DNA of 64,000 bases, taken from positions 2,240,001 to 2,304,000 of the forward strand of contig CBDFGR010000003.1 in the NCBI GenBank assembly GCA_965247115.1, written 5' to 3'. Made by a program: the position numbers and the translations under genes. Within the stretch, counting starts at the first letter, position 1. Each line of letters opens with the position of its first letter. The notes under the pieces were generated by a model, which worked only from the letters and a program-made list of their open reading frames with translations, did not search any database and was not told the DNA's origin. The DNA is from Myxococcota bacterium (lineage in GTDB: Bacteria > Myxococcota_A > UBA9160 > SZUA-336). Below, piece by piece: positions 38,272 through 49,822 of this stretch.

Positions 38272-38362
38272 TGCAAGCGCCGCGCTAGCGGCGCGCGCAG
38301 CGAAGGGCAAAGCCCTGAGCGGAGGTGGGTGGGCCGCGGACGCCCGCGGCCGGGTCCCACAG
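38272..38362 (+). repeat. Repeat family A copy
   Basis: Forms a divergent pair with 38121-38212. Confidence 0.9.
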
Positions 38363-38364
38363 AA

Positions 38365-38697
38365 CTAGACGGACTTGGAGATGAAGGCGGGGCGATTTGG
38401 TCGGGCTGGTTTGTAGCCGAGGTTTGCCGCGCGTGCGCGGCGCAGCTCGTTGATGGCGTTCTGGGTATCGTCGCGCAGCTTCTGATTGATCTCGGCCAGG
38501 CTCTGCTCCGCTCCCGCGAGCTGGTCCGCGAGCTCCGTGGACAGCGGGCGACTCGGCGGATCCGCCTCGAGCGAGCGCTGCAGGTCGGCGCGGACGGCGT
38601 TCGCCCGCTCGAGAGCCTCGAGACGCTCCGCCGGTACCGTGCGGACTGCCGTCTCTGTTGCCTCGAGCCAGGCCGCGAAGCGCGGATCGTCACTCAT
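38365..38697 (-). CDS. Small helical protein, FliT-like by position
   Basis: Overlaps the fliS stop; 110 aa, helical. Confidence 0.55.
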   Translation of the reverse strand: MSDDPRFAAWLEATETAVRTVPAERLEALERANAVRADLQRSLEADPPSRPLSTELADQLAGAEQSLAEINQKLRDDTQNAINELRRARAANLGYKPARPNRPAFISKSV

Positions 38698-39088
38698 GCT
38701 CGTCGCTCGATCCGTGCTTGGTGTCGACCAGCTCTCGCCAGGCGGAGGCGAGCGTCTCCATGACCGGGATCACGCCATCGAGGGATTCGCGGTCGGCGTC
38801 CACGTTGGCCCGGATCAGACCCTCGAGGACGAAGTTGTAGAGCGTTGCCAGGTTCGCTGCGATCAGCGCGCCACGCTCGTGGTCCAGGGCCGAGAGCAGC
38901 TCGGCGACGATGGCGTGGGCACGGCCGAGAGCCTGACCCCGCGTAGCGGGCTCCTCGAAGCTCTCCTGTGCCTGACGGCTGAAGCGAACGGCTCCCTCGG
39001 AGAGGAGCAAGACGATACGCACCGGGTTGGCAGAGCCCACCTGGCCTTGCTGGTATGCCGAGTGGGCGTGATGTGTGCTGATCTGCAT
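38690..39088 (-). CDS. fliS: Flagellin export chaperone
   Basis: AYQQ..V.SANPVRIVLLL.EGA, IVAELLSALD, IAANLATLYNF, LASAW. Confidence 0.92.
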   Translation of the reverse strand: MQISTHHAHSAYQQGQVGSANPVRIVLLLSEGAVRFSRQAQESFEEPATRGQALGRAHAIVAELLSALDHERGALIAANLATLYNFVLEGLIRANVDADRESLDGVIPVMETLASAWRELVDTKHGSSDEHE

Positions 39089-39119
39089 GCTCCGACCTTC
39101 TATCGGGTTGCCGCGGTAC

Positions 39120-40514
39120 TTAGCGGAGTGATTGCAGCAGGAATTGAGACAGGAAGTTCGCCTGCTGCTGAATCCCCGCGATCGTTCTCTCCAACGCTGC
39201 AAACTCGAGGACCAGGTTCTCCTCGATCGTCTCGAGGCGGTCCTCGGCGTCCCTGATGCTCTCCACCAGATCCTGAATGGAGCTGCTCGCCCCATTGATC
39301 CGGGTGACGAGTGCGCCATCGATGGTATCGGTGTGGTTGTCTGCGACATCGCGCAGCTGATCTGCAAAGGAGCCGACGCCTGCGAAGAAGCTCGCCACGC
39401 CCTCGAAGTCGGATGCGAGCGCTGCAGCTAGCTCGTCCTCGTCCAGCTGCATCGTTCCGTCGCGGTCCAGCTCGAGGCCGATCTGGATGGCTGAGGTGAT
39501 GCTGCCGCTGCCGATCTGGCTGGCGACGACTCTTGCGAGCTGCTGCTGCAGGCCGATCAGGGTGCTGTCGCCGATCAGAGGCCCACCACGGTTCGTCGAG
39601 GGGTCTATTTTCGCCTGCTCCGCGATGATCTCGATCACGTCGTTGAAGACGGATACCAGGTCGGAGATCGCGCCCGCCACCTCGTCGGGATCCGGCTCCA
39701 CCTCGATCGTGACGCGATCGGTGCTCACCTTCTCGACCTGCAGAGTGAGCCCGCGGATGAACTCGCTGAACGTGTTCGTCGAGTTGTTGATCGTGAGCGC
39801 ATCCGGAGAGTCGGGGTCAAGCACGATGATGGCGTCCCCCGCGGCTTGCGTCTCGTTGAACACGAGCGGCGACTCCCCGCCTACCAGCGTGTCCGTGATC
39901 GTGATCGTGTTGGCGGCGCCTGTGTCGTTTCCGACCAGGATGATCTTGAAGGGGTTGCTCGCGCCGCCGTCGTCCACGACGAACGCCGTGACACCCGCAT
40001 CGGCACTGTTCACTGCTGCGACGAAGCCCTCGACACTCTCGTTGGAAGAGTCGATTGTGATGTCCGTCGTCGGATCCGTTCCGATTTGAATCGAGAACGT
40101 GCCCGTGCCGACGCTCGCGGTCGTTGCGGAGTAGCCGTTCGAGATGTTCCGTTCCTGGGTGGCCAGCTGGGTGACCTCGATCACGAGTGAGCCGGGCGTC
40201 GCTGTCGACGCAGATGTCGCCGTCGCGATCGTCGAGTTGCTCGAGGTCGCCGCGTAGCGGCGGAACTCTTCCTCGGCGGCCTGGTCCGTGCCGAGCAGGT
40301 TCATGTTGTCGAGCTTGCGGAGCGCATCTCGCAGGGCAAGCGTCCGCGTGTTCAGATCCTGGAAGATGGCGAGCTTCTCCTCGAAGCTCGCCTTGCGTTC
40401 TTCGAGTGCGTCGATGGGCCGCTGCTCGAGCTCCAGGAGCTGCTCGATGATCTGGTCCGTGGGAAAGCCCGAGGAGATGCCAGAGAAAGTAATGCCGCCG
40501 ATGCGGAGCCCCAT
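39120..40514 (-). CDS. fliD: Flagellar filament cap protein
   Basis: SGISSG, IIEQLLELE, VTQLA, NSTNTF, PLIGDSTL, C-terminal coiled coil. Confidence 0.92.
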   Translation of the reverse strand: MGLRIGGITFSGISSGFPTDQIIEQLLELEQRPIDALEERKASFEEKLAIFQDLNTRTLALRDALRKLDNMNLLGTDQAAEEEFRRYAATSSNSTIATATSASTATPGSLVIEVTQLATQERNISNGYSATTASVGTGTFSIQIGTDPTTDITIDSSNESVEGFVAAVNSADAGVTAFVVDDGGASNPFKIILVGNDTGAANTITITDTLVGGESPLVFNETQAAGDAIIVLDPDSPDALTINNSTNTFSEFIRGLTLQVEKVSTDRVTIEVEPDPDEVAGAISDLVSVFNDVIEIIAEQAKIDPSTNRGGPLIGDSTLIGLQQQLARVVASQIGSGSITSAIQIGLELDRDGTMQLDEDELAAALASDFEGVASFFAGVGSFADQLRDVADNHTDTIDGALVTRINGASSSIQDLVESIRDAEDRLETIEENLVLEFAALERTIAGIQQQANFLSQFLLQSLR

Positions 40515-40627
40515 GACCTCTCCTTTCGAGCGCAACCTCTACGAGGTTTAGCTCCCGAGGTTTGGAAACCCCTCCGGGTCGTCCGCCGGAGTCGCGGATC
40601 TCTGTTCTGTCCCCCCTACGCCGAGAA

Positions 40628-41482
40628 CTAGGTCAGAAGCGCCAGGGCGGCCTGCGACGACACGTTGGCCTGCGCGAGTACCGCGATACCGGCCTGCTGC
40701 AACACCTGGGCGCGTGTCAACGCCTCGGTCTCTGCTGCTACGTCCACGTCACGGATGCGCGAGTTCGCGGCCGAGAGGTTCTCGGTCGAGGACTGAAGCG
40801 CGTTGATGGTGGACTGCAAGCGGTTCTGCGCTGCACCGAGGTCACCTCGCAGCGTTGCTACGGTGGTGATGGCCGAGTCGATCGTCCCGAGTGACGCCTG
40901 CGCGGACGCTGCGGTGGAGATCGCGATTCCGCCAGCTCCCGCCTCGACGTTGAGGGCGCTCGCCGTCGCATCGCCGATGGACAGCGAGATCCGGTCGACG
41001 GCCGAGTCGTTGAAGATCCCGACCTGGAAGTTCACGGCGTTGGCGGTGCCGGAGAGGGTGCCGTCGAGCAGGGTCCGACCACCGAACTTGGTGGAGCTCG
41101 CGATTCGCGTGATCTCGGACTGGAGTGAGCTGAACTCGTTCTGCAGGAACGAGCGCTCCGTGTTGGAGATCGAGCCGGACGAAGAAGACTGGACGCCCAG
41201 CTCGCGCATGCGAATCAGGATGCTCGAGATCTCGTTCAGCGCGCCTTCCGCCGTCTGGATGATGGAGATGCCGTCGTTCGCGTTCCGCTCAGCCTGCCGG
41301 AGGCCGCGGATCTGAGCGCGAAGTGACTCGGAGATGGCGAGCCCAGCGGCATCGTTGGAGGCGCGCGTGATGCGCAGACCCGACGACAACCTGTCCAGAG
41401 ACCGTTCCAACGCGAGTTGGCTCCGGCCCAGGTTTTTCTGGGCGGTGAGGGATGCCAGGTTGGTGTTGATCCGAAGACCCAT
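40628..41482 (-). CDS. fliC: Flagellin (284 aa)
   Basis: [51 protein letters not shown]. Confidence 0.97.
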   Translation of the reverse strand: MGLRINTNLASLTAQKNLGRSQLALERSLDRLSSGLRITRASNDAAGLAISESLRAQIRGLRQAERNANDGISIIQTAEGALNEISSILIRMRELGVQSSSSGSISNTERSFLQNEFSSLQSEITRIASSTKFGGRTLLDGTLSGTANAVNFQVGIFNDSAVDRISLSIGDATASALNVEAGAGGIAISTAASAQASLGTIDSAITTVATLRGDLGAAQNRLQSTINALQSSTENLSAANSRIRDVDVAAETEALTRAQVLQQAGIAVLAQANVSSQAALALLT

Positions 41483-41572
41483 CGGATTCCTCCATGAATG
41501 CGGCCTGGCGGCGCTTCCTTGCCCCCGCCATTCAGCCTGTCTGTCCGCAACCGGGCTACGGTCGCAGGTGGT

Positions 41573-41600
41573 TATTCGGAGGCGGCTAGAGCGATCTTTA
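41573..41600 (-). promoter_or_regulatory. Sigma28 (FliA) promoter of fliC
   Basis: Minus strand TAAA-N16-TCCGAATA. Confidence 0.75.
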
Positions 41601-41670
41601 GCGGCGAGGTCCTTTGCATGTGCACAACAATGCACTCAAGGGAGTGCAACTTCGCGCCGAAACGGCTGCC

Positions 41671-42597
41671 ATGCGGATGGATCGGGCCCCGCTTGCGAGC
41701 GCGTCGCGAACCTCTCCGGGGGCGTGCCTGGATTTCGCCGAGCTCGAGAATTTCCTCGATTTGGAGTTCGACGGCAGGCCCGGCATCGCGCGGGAATTTC
41801 CGTTGCTCGTTGGTGAGCGCAATCCCGGGCGCAGCCTGGTGTTGAGGGAGCGAGCTGCGATCGTCTCGCACGCGGCATGGCGGCCGCTCCAGATTCACGC
41901 AGGCGCGCGACGCATCTCTGCCGCCGGCATCGGTCTGGTCACCACCGCTGCCGGCTGGCGCGGCCGCGGGCCGGCAGCGCAGGTGGTTGCCGCCTGTGTC
42001 GAGGCGGCCGCGGGCGAGGGAGCAGAGCTCGCATTGCTGTTCGGGACACCGAGCCCCCTCTACGAGAGGGCCGGTTTCGTGCTCGCCGGCCGCGAACGCG
42101 TACTGCGTGTCGAGCCTGGCACAGACGCGAAGGAGCCGGGTATCCGCTGCGGCGGCCCCCAGGACGCAGCGCGGCTGCTGCCGCTGCTCGAAGGACACGC
42201 GCTGCGGGTCTCGCGCGGCGTTGAGGAATTCCGGATCCAGCTCGGCATTGCGAATACCGAGCTGTACGTGCTCGAGCAGCACGAGCGCCTGGCTGCCTAC
42301 TGTGTGGTGGGGAAGGGTCGGGATCTCGGCGGAGTGATCCACGAGTGGGCCGGCTCGACACAAGCGTTGGAGTCGCTGATCCGCGGCGTGGCCTCACAGC
42401 GTGGCGGGCCGCTCTGGGTGATTGGGCCCGAAGCGCTGGCCCCACCGCTCGAGGCTCCGGGCGGGCTCGGTGCTCTCGCCATGTTCCGGATTCTTTGCCC
42501 CGGGTCCTTTGGCTCGGCGGATCCGGTGGAGCTGTTCGGAAACGCGGAGACCCCAGCGCGGCTACCACTCTATGTTTGGGGGCTGGATTCGATCTGA
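41671..42597 (+). CDS. GNAT-family acetyltransferase
   Basis: [16 protein letters not shown] acetyl-CoA motif; LYERAGF; C-terminal WGLDSI. Confidence 0.8.
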   Translation: MRMDRAPLASASRTSPGACLDFAELENFLDLEFDGRPGIAREFPLLVGERNPGRSLVLRERAAIVSHAAWRPLQIHAGARRISAAGIGLVTTAAGWRGRGPAAQVVAACVEAAAGEGAELALLFGTPSPLYERAGFVLAGRERVLRVEPGTDAKEPGIRCGGPQDAARLLPLLEGHALRVSRGVEEFRIQLGIANTELYVLEQHERLAAYCVVGKGRDLGGVIHEWAGSTQALESLIRGVASQRGGPLWVIGPEALAPPLEAPGGLGALAMFRILCPGSFGSADPVELFGNAETPARLPLYVWGLDSI

Positions 42598-42643
42598 CGC
42601 GGGCTGCGGGCGCAGCCCGGCAACCCTGCTAGGATCGGCCATC

Positions 42644-43777
42644 ATGAGCCCGGTGGCTGCTCCCCGGAATCCCACGCGCTCTGTGCGCGCCGGCAACGTC
42701 CAGATCGGTGGGGGGTCGCCCATCTCGGTACAGAGCATGTGCGCCACGCGCACCCGCGACGTCGACGCCACGGTGAGTCAGGCCGAAGCGCTGCGAGCTG
42801 CAGGGGCGGACCTGGTCCGCGTCGCGGTGGACAGCAAGCGTGATGCCCTTGCGCTCGCAGCGATCCGCGCGGGCACGGACGTCGTCCTGGTCGTCGACCT
42901 GCAGGAGCACTATCGGCTCGCGGAGAGTGTCGCCCCGCACGTGGATAAGCTCCGGTACAACCCCGGTCATCTGCACCACCACGAGCGCCAGCGGAGCATC
43001 CGCGACAAGGTCGCCTGGTTAGCCGAGACGGCGGGGGCTCACGACTGCGCGCTCCGGGTCGGCGTGAACTGTGGCTCTGTCGCTCCCGAGTACGACGAGA
43101 AGTTTCCCGGCAACTCGATCGGGGCGATGGTTGCGTGCGCGCTCGACCACTGTGCACTGCTGGACGATCTGGGCTTCACGAACTATGTCGTCTCGCTGAA
43201 GGACTCCGATCCGCACAGTGTCGTAGACGCGAACCTGCGCTTCGCCGAGCAGCGACCCGACGTGCCGCTACATCTGGGCGTCACCGAGGCTGGCCTGCTC
43301 CCCATGGGAGAGATCAAGACGCGGATCGCGTTCGAGCAGCTGGTGAGCCGCGGCGTCGGTGACACCATCCGTGTCTCGCTGACACTGCCGAACGAGCGCA
43401 AGCACGAGGAGGTCGAGATCGGCTGCGAGATCCTGGCGGACATCGGGGCCGGCCGCTTCCGTTCCGTGCCTCCGCTCGACGGCCTCAACATCATCTCGTG
43501 TCCGTCCTGCTCGCGCGTCGAGAACGAGGCGTTCGTCGAGCTGGCAGAGAGGGTCCGGGAGGTGACGCAGTACGCAGCGAGCCACGACGTGACGATCGCG
43601 GTCATGGGCTGCCGGGTGAACGGTCCGGGCGAGACCGACGACGCCGATCTGGGCCTGTGGTGCGGACCGCGTGCGGTCAACCTCAAGCGAGGGACCGAGA
43701 CGCTCGGTAGCTTCTCCTATGCGGAAGTCCTGGACCGGCTCCGCGAAGAGCTCGATCGGATGATTTCGAGCGCTTGA
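42644..43777 (+). CDS. ispG: HMBPP synthase
   Basis: [54 protein letters not shown]. Confidence 0.95.
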   Translation: MSPVAAPRNPTRSVRAGNVQIGGGSPISVQSMCATRTRDVDATVSQAEALRAAGADLVRVAVDSKRDALALAAIRAGTDVVLVVDLQEHYRLAESVAPHVDKLRYNPGHLHHHERQRSIRDKVAWLAETAGAHDCALRVGVNCGSVAPEYDEKFPGNSIGAMVACALDHCALLDDLGFTNYVVSLKDSDPHSVVDANLRFAEQRPDVPLHLGVTEAGLLPMGEIKTRIAFEQLVSRGVGDTIRVSLTLPNERKHEEVEIGCEILADIGAGRFRSVPPLDGLNIISCPSCSRVENEAFVELAERVREVTQYAASHDVTIAVMGCRVNGPGETDDADLGLWCGPRAVNLKRGTETLGSFSYAEVLDRLREELDRMISSA

Positions 43778-43787
43778 TGCTCGCCCC

Positions 43788-44735
43788 TCAGCAGAGCTCC
43801 CATGTACCTCCGGCCTCCATGCTTCGGCGGGCGGCGTGGAGCCACGCCACGCTCTGTGCGCCATGGTCGACACGGCGCTCCACCGCGCGACAGCTCACGA
43901 GGAAGTCGCGCAGCAGCTCACGATAGGCCTCGGTCTCGGAGTAGAGGCCGTCCGAGAGCGTCTCGTCTCCCTTCTCGGTGCGGAGGATGGTCTGCGCGCG
44001 GCCGATCTCGAGCTCGCCGCGAGCGCCGATACAGCGGGCGATCGGTGCGCTGCGCTGCTCGCGCCAGGTCAAGCAGATGCGCGAGACGAGACCCCCCTCG
44101 TGCTCGACCTCGACCACTACCTCGTCGTCCACCCCGCCGCACTGGCTCGGGGAAGCTGCGAGCATGCGGATGCGCAGAGCGGGACCCGCCAGCGTCTCGA
44201 CCACGTCGAGGGCATGAGGTCCTTCCTGCCGCCAGATACCATCGGTTGGTGCGTCGAGGAGGATCGCCCGCTTGTGCGATAGATCGCAGTGGACTGCGCA
44301 AAGCCGTCCGATCCGGTCCCGCTCGATCAGATTGCGCGCCTCGCGCAGCGCGGGAAGCGCGCGAAAGGGAGCGGCCGTGACAGCGACGCGACCGCTGCGC
44401 TCCGCCAGCTCGGCCACGCCGTCCGCCTCGAGCGGGTCTTCGGCGAGCGGAGGCTCCACGAGCACATCGACACCTGCGCGTAACAGCGCAGAGGCATGCC
44501 CGGCGTGATCCCAGGTGGCCGAGCAGATCACGGCGAGGTGCGGGACGCAGCCCCTGCGTAGCAGCTCATCGACCGAGGTGTAGACGCGAGGTGCGCCGGG
44601 CAGCGCGCTCGACTCCCCCGCTCCGACCACGGCCTGGAGCTGCAGCTCCGGGAACTCCGGGAGCAGCTCGCGGTAGGTCCGAGTCTCGTCCAAGCCACCC
44701 ACCAGGACGACGCGTTTGTAGGTCAGTGCAGACAT
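43788..44735 (-). CDS. Gfo/Idh/MocA-family oxidoreductase (divergent)
   Basis: HAGHASALLRAGVDVLVEPPLA (EKP changed to EPP), IGRL, GPHALD. Confidence 0.75.
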   Translation of the reverse strand: MSALTYKRVVLVGGLDETRTYRELLPEFPELQLQAVVGAGESSALPGAPRVYTSVDELLRRGCVPHLAVICSATWDHAGHASALLRAGVDVLVEPPLAEDPLEADGVAELAERSGRVAVTAAPFRALPALREARNLIERDRIGRLCAVHCDLSHKRAILLDAPTDGIWRQEGPHALDVVETLAGPALRIRMLAASPSQCGGVDDEVVVEVEHEGGLVSRICLTWREQRSAPIARCIGARGELEIGRAQTILRTEKGDETLSDGLYSETEAYRELLRDFLVSCRAVERRVDHGAQSVAWLHAARRSMEAGGTWELC

Positions 44736-44900
44736 TTGACGACTCCTGCGCGTCCGGCATCGCAAGCTCGGTGCCAGCTCGGGGCGAGCCCGCTGCGCCG
44801 CTCGTCCGTTGCGAGAGAAGTCGTACTCCCAAAAGCGCACCAGAGCTCCGCTCCGGGTAGAGCTGCTAGACTGACCCCACCCACAAGCAAAGAGGCACCC

Positions 44901-45809
44901 ATGGCATCCCCCGAACTTCCCGCACTTGCCCTTGCTGCCGTCCCGGGTCGGCGCGCAGCAACGTTGGAGCTGGCAAAAGAGATCGAGAACCGCGGCTTCG
45001 CCGGTATCTACTGCGCGAGCTTCGGCGATGCTGTCGGCCTGTGCGAGGCGCTCGCTTTTGCCACCGAGCGCGTTCCCTTCGGGACCGCCATTGCCAACAT
45101 CTACATGCGGCACGTCTCGGATTACGCGCTCACGGCCTCGTTCATCCACGAGATCTCGGGGGGACGCTTTCGCTTCGGAATCGGCGTGAGTCACGGACCT
45201 GCGCACGAGCGCGCCGGGATCAAGGCCGGCAAGCCCCTCGGCGACACCCGAGAGTTTGTGGAGCAGCTGCGAGGCACGCCGCGAGTCGGAGAGCTTCCGC
45301 CAATCGTACTGGCTGGCCTGCGAAAGAAGATGGTGGCGTTGTCCGGAGAGATCGCGGAGGGTGTCGTCTTCGCGAACGCCGCCCGCTCGCACATGGCGGA
45401 GTCTCTCTCCGCGCTGCCCGACGAGCAGCGCACCCCTGACTTCTACGTCGGCGACATGATCCCGACGTGCATCTCCGATGACGAGGACGCAGCGGCCGCG
45501 ATCAACCGGCGCACGCTCACCGGCTACGTGATGCTCCCGAACTACCGGAACTACTGGAAGGAAGCCGGCTATGTCGAGGAGATGGAGGCCATCGAGAAGG
45601 CGCAGCAAGCGGGTGAACACGACCGGATTCCCAGCCTGATGACGGACCAGTGGCTCGAGGACACGACGCTCTTCGGCTCCGCGAGTAAGGTTAAAGAAGG
45701 TCTCGAGGCCTGGTACGCGGCGGGTGTCAGCACACCGATCCTCGTGCCCTCTTCGGCCAGCGGCGGGCAAATGAAGGCCTTCGAAGAGTTCTTCGAGGCC
45801 TTCTCCTGA
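44901..45809 (+). CDS. Luciferase-like (LLM) flavin/F420-dependent oxidoreductase
   Basis: ATERVPFGTAIANIY, SGGRFRFGIGVSH, PIVLAGL. Confidence 0.88.
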   Translation: MASPELPALALAAVPGRRAATLELAKEIENRGFAGIYCASFGDAVGLCEALAFATERVPFGTAIANIYMRHVSDYALTASFIHEISGGRFRFGIGVSHGPAHERAGIKAGKPLGDTREFVEQLRGTPRVGELPPIVLAGLRKKMVALSGEIAEGVVFANAARSHMAESLSALPDEQRTPDFYVGDMIPTCISDDEDAAAAINRRTLTGYVMLPNYRNYWKEAGYVEEMEAIEKAQQAGEHDRIPSLMTDQWLEDTTLFGSASKVKEGLEAWYAAGVSTPILVPSSASGGQMKAFEEFFEAFS

Positions 45810-45822
45810 GCGAGTGCGGCGC

Positions 45823-46083
45823 GTGAGCGTTCTCGATGAGATCGTCACCGCCGCGGACAGCGGTCAGCCGATCCGCGTCCACACCAGGGACGGCGAAGTC
45901 CTCGTTGCACGCGTGCTGCAGTTCGACAAACACGAGCTCCGCTACCTGGTCCTGACCTCCTCGCGTCCCGAACGCTACGGCATCTGCGACTCCACCGGCT
46001 TCACCCTCCCCATGAACGAGCTCCAGAAAGTCGTCCTCCTCAAACCCCCACCCCCCCGCGGCCCGGCTCCCACAAAGTTATGA
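45823..46083 (+). CDS. Small hypothetical protein
   Basis: Follows the LLM gene; its stop codon lies inside a repeat C arm. Confidence 0.6.
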   Translation: MSVLDEIVTAADSGQPIRVHTRDGEVLVARVLQFDKHELRYLVLTSSRPERYGICDSTGFTLPMNELQKVVLLKPPPPRGPAPTKL

Positions 46084-46220
46084 TTAAGGACCGTCCCCAA
46101 GTTATCCCTACGGGGCTTGGCATCCATGCAAGCGCCGCGGAACGCGGCGCGCGCAGCGAAGGGCGAAGCCCTGAGCGAAGGTGGGTGGCCAGCGGCCGCC
46201 CGCGGGCCGGGTCCCACAAG
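46075..46220 (+). repeat. Composite repeat: single C arm + linker + family A copy
   Basis: AAGTTATGATTAAGGACCGTCCCCAAGTTA, a linker resembling 31695-31719, then A at 46127-46220. Confidence 0.88.
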
Positions 46221-46224
46221 GGAG

Positions 46225-47661
46225 TCACCGCACGTTGGCTAGGGCGTCGATGATCAGCTGTTGGGAGTCGCAGTCTGGGTAGTAGGGCTGGGTCTCGGCG
46301 ATGCCGATCGAGACGTGGCACGGCGGCGTCTCGAGGGTGGTGGCACCGAGCATGTTGCGGACGCGTCCAGCGAGGGTCTTCAGATCCTCACCCTCACAGC
46401 TCGGCAGCAGGACGGCGATCTGCGTGGCGCCGAGGCGGGCGAACGGATCGCTCGAGCGGAGCATCCCGGCGATGACACCCGCTGTGCGGCGAAGGGTCTC
46501 ATCGAGCGGATCCGTCGACTCCAGAGCGTCGTCACCCGGATCGCACTGCACGATCAGCAGGCCGAGCGGGATCTTGCGCTGCTTGGAACGCTCGTAGAAG
46601 GCATCGAGCAGGTGCTCGAACGACGCACGGTTCATCAGGTCGGTGGCCTCATCGCGCACCAGCGACTGCTCGAGGGCCTCGAGCACGTCTTCGAAGCCGC
46701 TGCGCCCGCTACCGATCTTGCCGGCCAGCGCCCGGACCGTGCGGTCCTGCCCCAGGGTCAGGTCCACGAGAGCCGTGTTCGCCTCGCTCAGCAGATCCTG
46801 GTAGCTGGGCTGCTCCCCGACTGCGATGTCGAGCGAGGCGGCGATGCTCCGTAGCTCGTTCGGCAGCTCCTCGAGGATCGTGTCCGCGACGGCGCGCGGG
46901 ATCTCGATGGTGTCCACCAGCTGCTGGCTCAGGGAGGCCGTCTGGTTCACGTAGGCGCCGATGGTGAGCGCGCGCGCACAGAGCCAGGCGCAGTGGAGAA
47001 TGCGCTGCCGGTCGATGAGTTCCGGATCCCCATCCGTGAGGGGCTCGTGGTGTTGAGCAATGAGCCCGCAGTAGCGCTGCGGGAAGGACCAGTGCTGAAG
47101 CAGAAGGGCGCCGATCCGCGGATGGTCGCTGTCAAAGGCGCTGCGCTCGGCTTCGAGCAGGTCCAGCTCCCCGCGGTAGAAGCGCTTGACGAGCTCGCCG
47201 TACTCGGGAAGCGCGGAGTAGAGCAGGAGCGCGCCGCAGTCGCAGAGCAGCCCGATCAGAAACGCCTCCTCGCAGTCCCAGCCGCCCACCTCCAGGGCGA
47301 GCCTGCGCGCGGCGAGCGAGGTCATGAGGGACGTCTGCCAGAGCTGCTCGATCTCGCGGTCGCCATCGGGAACCCGCAGGCTGGAGACGAACGAGAAGGA
47401 CAGGGCGATGCTGCAGACGCTGTTCGTCCCCAGGTACAGGACGGCCTCGCGCACGGAGGTGACCTCGCGCGACATGGCATACATGGAGGAGTTGATCACG
47501 CGGACGATCTTGGCGGAGAGCGCTGGATCGACCGCGATGACCTCGGCCAGCTCTTCGAGTCCGGCCCCCTCGTCGTCGATGAGCTCGAGGAGCCGCTGGG
47601 CAATCGCTGGGACCGTAGGCAGTGAGGCGGACTCGATCAGATTCCGCTCGAACTCGTTCAC
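46225..47661 (-). CDS. HDOD domain + degenerate GGDEF protein
   Basis: LPTVP, DPALSAKIVRVINSS, EAFLIGLLCDCG, DHPRIG; GGDEF position reads RLGATQI. Confidence 0.88.
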   Translation of the reverse strand: MNEFERNLIESASLPTVPAIAQRLLELIDDEGAGLEELAEVIAVDPALSAKIVRVINSSMYAMSREVTSVREAVLYLGTNSVCSIALSFSFVSSLRVPDGDREIEQLWQTSLMTSLAARRLALEVGGWDCEEAFLIGLLCDCGALLLYSALPEYGELVKRFYRGELDLLEAERSAFDSDHPRIGALLLQHWSFPQRYCGLIAQHHEPLTDGDPELIDRQRILHCAWLCARALTIGAYVNQTASLSQQLVDTIEIPRAVADTILEELPNELRSIAASLDIAVGEQPSYQDLLSEANTALVDLTLGQDRTVRALAGKIGSGRSGFEDVLEALEQSLVRDEATDLMNRASFEHLLDAFYERSKQRKIPLGLLIVQCDPGDDALESTDPLDETLRRTAGVIAGMLRSSDPFARLGATQIAVLLPSCEGEDLKTLAGRVRNMLGATTLETPPCHVSIGIAETQPYYPDCDSQQLIIDALANVR

Positions 47662-47687
47662 CAGAACCTCACACTTCCCCAAGGGAC

Positions 47688-47715
47688 GAATCGGTCACTC
47701 TGTGCAGGAAATTGA
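47688..47715 (-). promoter_or_regulatory. Sigma28-like promoter of the HDOD gene
   Basis: Minus strand TCAA-N16-ACCGATTC. Confidence 0.55.
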
Positions 47716-47845
47716 GCAGCCTGTCCGTCGGTAAATCGGCCCGGAACCCGTGACCTCTGCCCGGGTCTTGCCGAGCGTTCGCGCGCGGGGATAATGAGTG
47801 CGCCCTCGTGCCAGAGCGCGCCGAACCCTCAGGTGGAGAGCGCAG

Positions 47846-49822
47846 GTGGTTGCCCTTTCTCCCCAGACAGTCGAGCTAGTCGCGAAGACGATCCGAGTCC
47901 TCACCGTAGATGCCGTGGCTCGCGCGGGGATCGGGCACGTCGGTCTCCCGCTGGGCTGTGCCGAGCTCGGCACCGTGCTCTTCGGAGAGTTTCTGCGGCA
48001 CGATCCGGCTGCGCCGCGCTGGCCCGACCGCGACCGCTTCGTCCTCTCGGCCGGACACGGCTCCATGCTCCTGTACTCGTTGCTCCACCTGTCCGGGTAC
48101 GAGCTCCCGATGAACGAGATCCAGCAGTTTCGACAGCTCCACTCAAAGACCCCCGGACATCCGGAGTTCGGAGACACTCCTGGAGTCGAGGTCACGACCG
48201 GCCCGCTCGGCCAGGGCTTCGGCAACGCCGTGGGTATGGCCCTGGCGGAGCGCATCCTGGCCGCGCGTTTCGGCTCCGATCTCGTGAACCATCGCATCTG
48301 GGTGCTGGCCAGCGATGGAGACATGATGGAGGGGGTGGCCTCCGAGGCGGCCTCGCTGGCCGGGCACCTTGGGTTGGGTCGGCTGATCGTGCTCTACGAT
48401 GACAACCGGATCACCATCGATGGACCCAGCAGCATCGCCTTCACGGAGGACGTCCCCCGACGCTTCGGGACCTATGGCTGGGAGGTGCAGAGGATCGACG
48501 GGCACGATCCCGTTGCCATCCGCTCGGCCCTGGCGGCGGCTCGGGCGAGCGACGACCGCCCTCAGCTGATCGTCTGCCGCACGCACATCGGGTTCGGCTC
48601 TCCGCTCGTGGATACGGCTCCCGCTCACGGAGGGATCAGTCAGGAGAACGCGGACCAGACGCGCCAGAACCTGGGTTGGGAGCTCGAGCCCTTCCAGGTG
48701 CCGGAGGAGGCCCGCGAGGCGTTTCGCGCCAACGCGGCGCGCGGGGCCGAGCAGCGCGGGGAGTGGGAGCAAGACAAGGCGAAGCTGCTCTCGAGCTCGG
48801 GCCAGGCCCGGCTCTGGAGCGCGATGCTGGAGCGCTCGCTCCCGGAAAACCTGGGCGCGCTCTTACCGGACTTCTCCGGCGCTGACCCCATGGCCACGCG
48901 CCAGGCCTCCGGGGGCGTGCTCAACGCGGTGGCCTCCGAGGTGCCCGGCCTGGTCGGCGGCTCTGCGGATCTGGCGGGCTCGAATTCCGTGGCGCTCAAG
49001 GGTGAGGCATCGATCGAACGGGGCAAGTTCGAGGGCCGCATCGTGCACTTCGGAGTGCGCGAGCACGGCATGGCGGCCGTGGCGAACGGGCTCGCCCTCC
49101 ACGGAGGGATCCGACCCTTTGTCGGCACCTTCCTGGTATTCAGCGACTACATGCGCCCGGCCATCCGGCTGGCAGCCATCATGGGCCAGCCCGTGACCTA
49201 CGTTTTCACGCACGACTCGATCTTCGTGGGAGAGGACGGCCCCACCCATCAACCTGTCGAGCAGCTCGCTGGTCTGCGCAGCGTTCCCAACCTGCCGGTC
49301 TGGCGCCCGGGCGATGCGCGCGAAACCGTGGCGGCCTGGACCGAAGCGCTCGAACGGGAGGACGGTCCCCTGGCCCTGATCCTGACCCGCCAGTCCGTTC
49401 CCGTACTCGAGGGCGAGAACATCGAGGCGAAGGCCCGACGCGGAGCCTACGTGCTCCACGGGGAAACGACCGAGCCCGAGCTGGTGCTCGTAGGCACCGG
49501 GTCGGAGATCCACATCGCCCTGGAAGCCGCCCTCTCCCTGGAGCAGAACGGCCACCGCGTCCGCGTCGTCTCCCTCCCCTGCCTGGAAAAGTTCCTCGCC
49601 CAGCCAGAGGACTACCGGAAGAGCGTCCTGCCCGACTCCCCCCCACGTCTCATCGTCGAAGCGGGCACCGAGCTAGGCCTCTCCCAGCTCCTCCGCCCCG
49701 GCGACCACTTCCACGGCATGACCACCTTCGGCGCCTCCGCCCCCTACAAAGACCTAGCCACCGAATTCGGCTTCACCGCCACAAACCTCCTCACCCTCGC
49801 CCACAACCTCCTAACCCCCTAA
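47846..49822 (+). CDS. tkt: Transketolase
   Basis: [56 protein letters not shown]. Confidence 0.97.
   Translation: MVALSPQTVELVAKTIRVLTVDAVARAGIGHVGLPLGCAELGTVLFGEFLRHDPAAPRWPDRDRFVLSAGHGSMLLYSLLHLSGYELPMNEIQQFRQLHSKTPGHPEFGDTPGVEVTTGPLGQGFGNAVGMALAERILAARFGSDLVNHRIWVLASDGDMMEGVASEAASLAGHLGLGRLIVLYDDNRITIDGPSSIAFTEDVPRRFGTYGWEVQRIDGHDPVAIRSALAAARASDDRPQLIVCRTHIGFGSPLVDTAPAHGGISQENADQTRQNLGWELEPFQVPEEAREAFRANAARGAEQRGEWEQDKAKLLSSSGQARLWSAMLERSLPENLGALLPDFSGADPMATRQASGGVLNAVASEVPGLVGGSADLAGSNSVALKGEASIERGKFEGRIVHFGVREHGMAAVANGLALHGGIRPFVGTFLVFSDYMRPAIRLAAIMGQPVTYVFTHDSIFVGEDGPTHQPVEQLAGLRSVPNLPVWRPGDARETVAAWTEALEREDGPLALILTRQSVPVLEGENIEAKARRGAYVLHGETTEPELVLVGTGSEIHIALEAALSLEQNGHRVRVVSLPCLEKFLAQPEDYRKSVLPDSPPRLIVEAGTELGLSQLLRPGDHFHGMTTFGASAPYKDLATEFGFTATNLLTLAHNLLTP

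Noticed and set aside
39090..39125. Possible sigma28 promoter for fliS (CTAA...CCCGATAG)
   Set aside because: The spacer is too short compared with the 16 nt seen at the other sites.
41645..41662. Possible sigma54 promoter upstream of fliC (GGCGCGAAGTTGCA)
   Set aside because: GG-to-GC spacing is 9 nt, not the required 10.
43788..45848. 686-aa ORF as one protein (likewise the extended ORFs 18182-20359, 15461-16672 and 52896-53741)
   Set aside because: The N-terminal extensions overlap other genuine genes; the real starts are internal.
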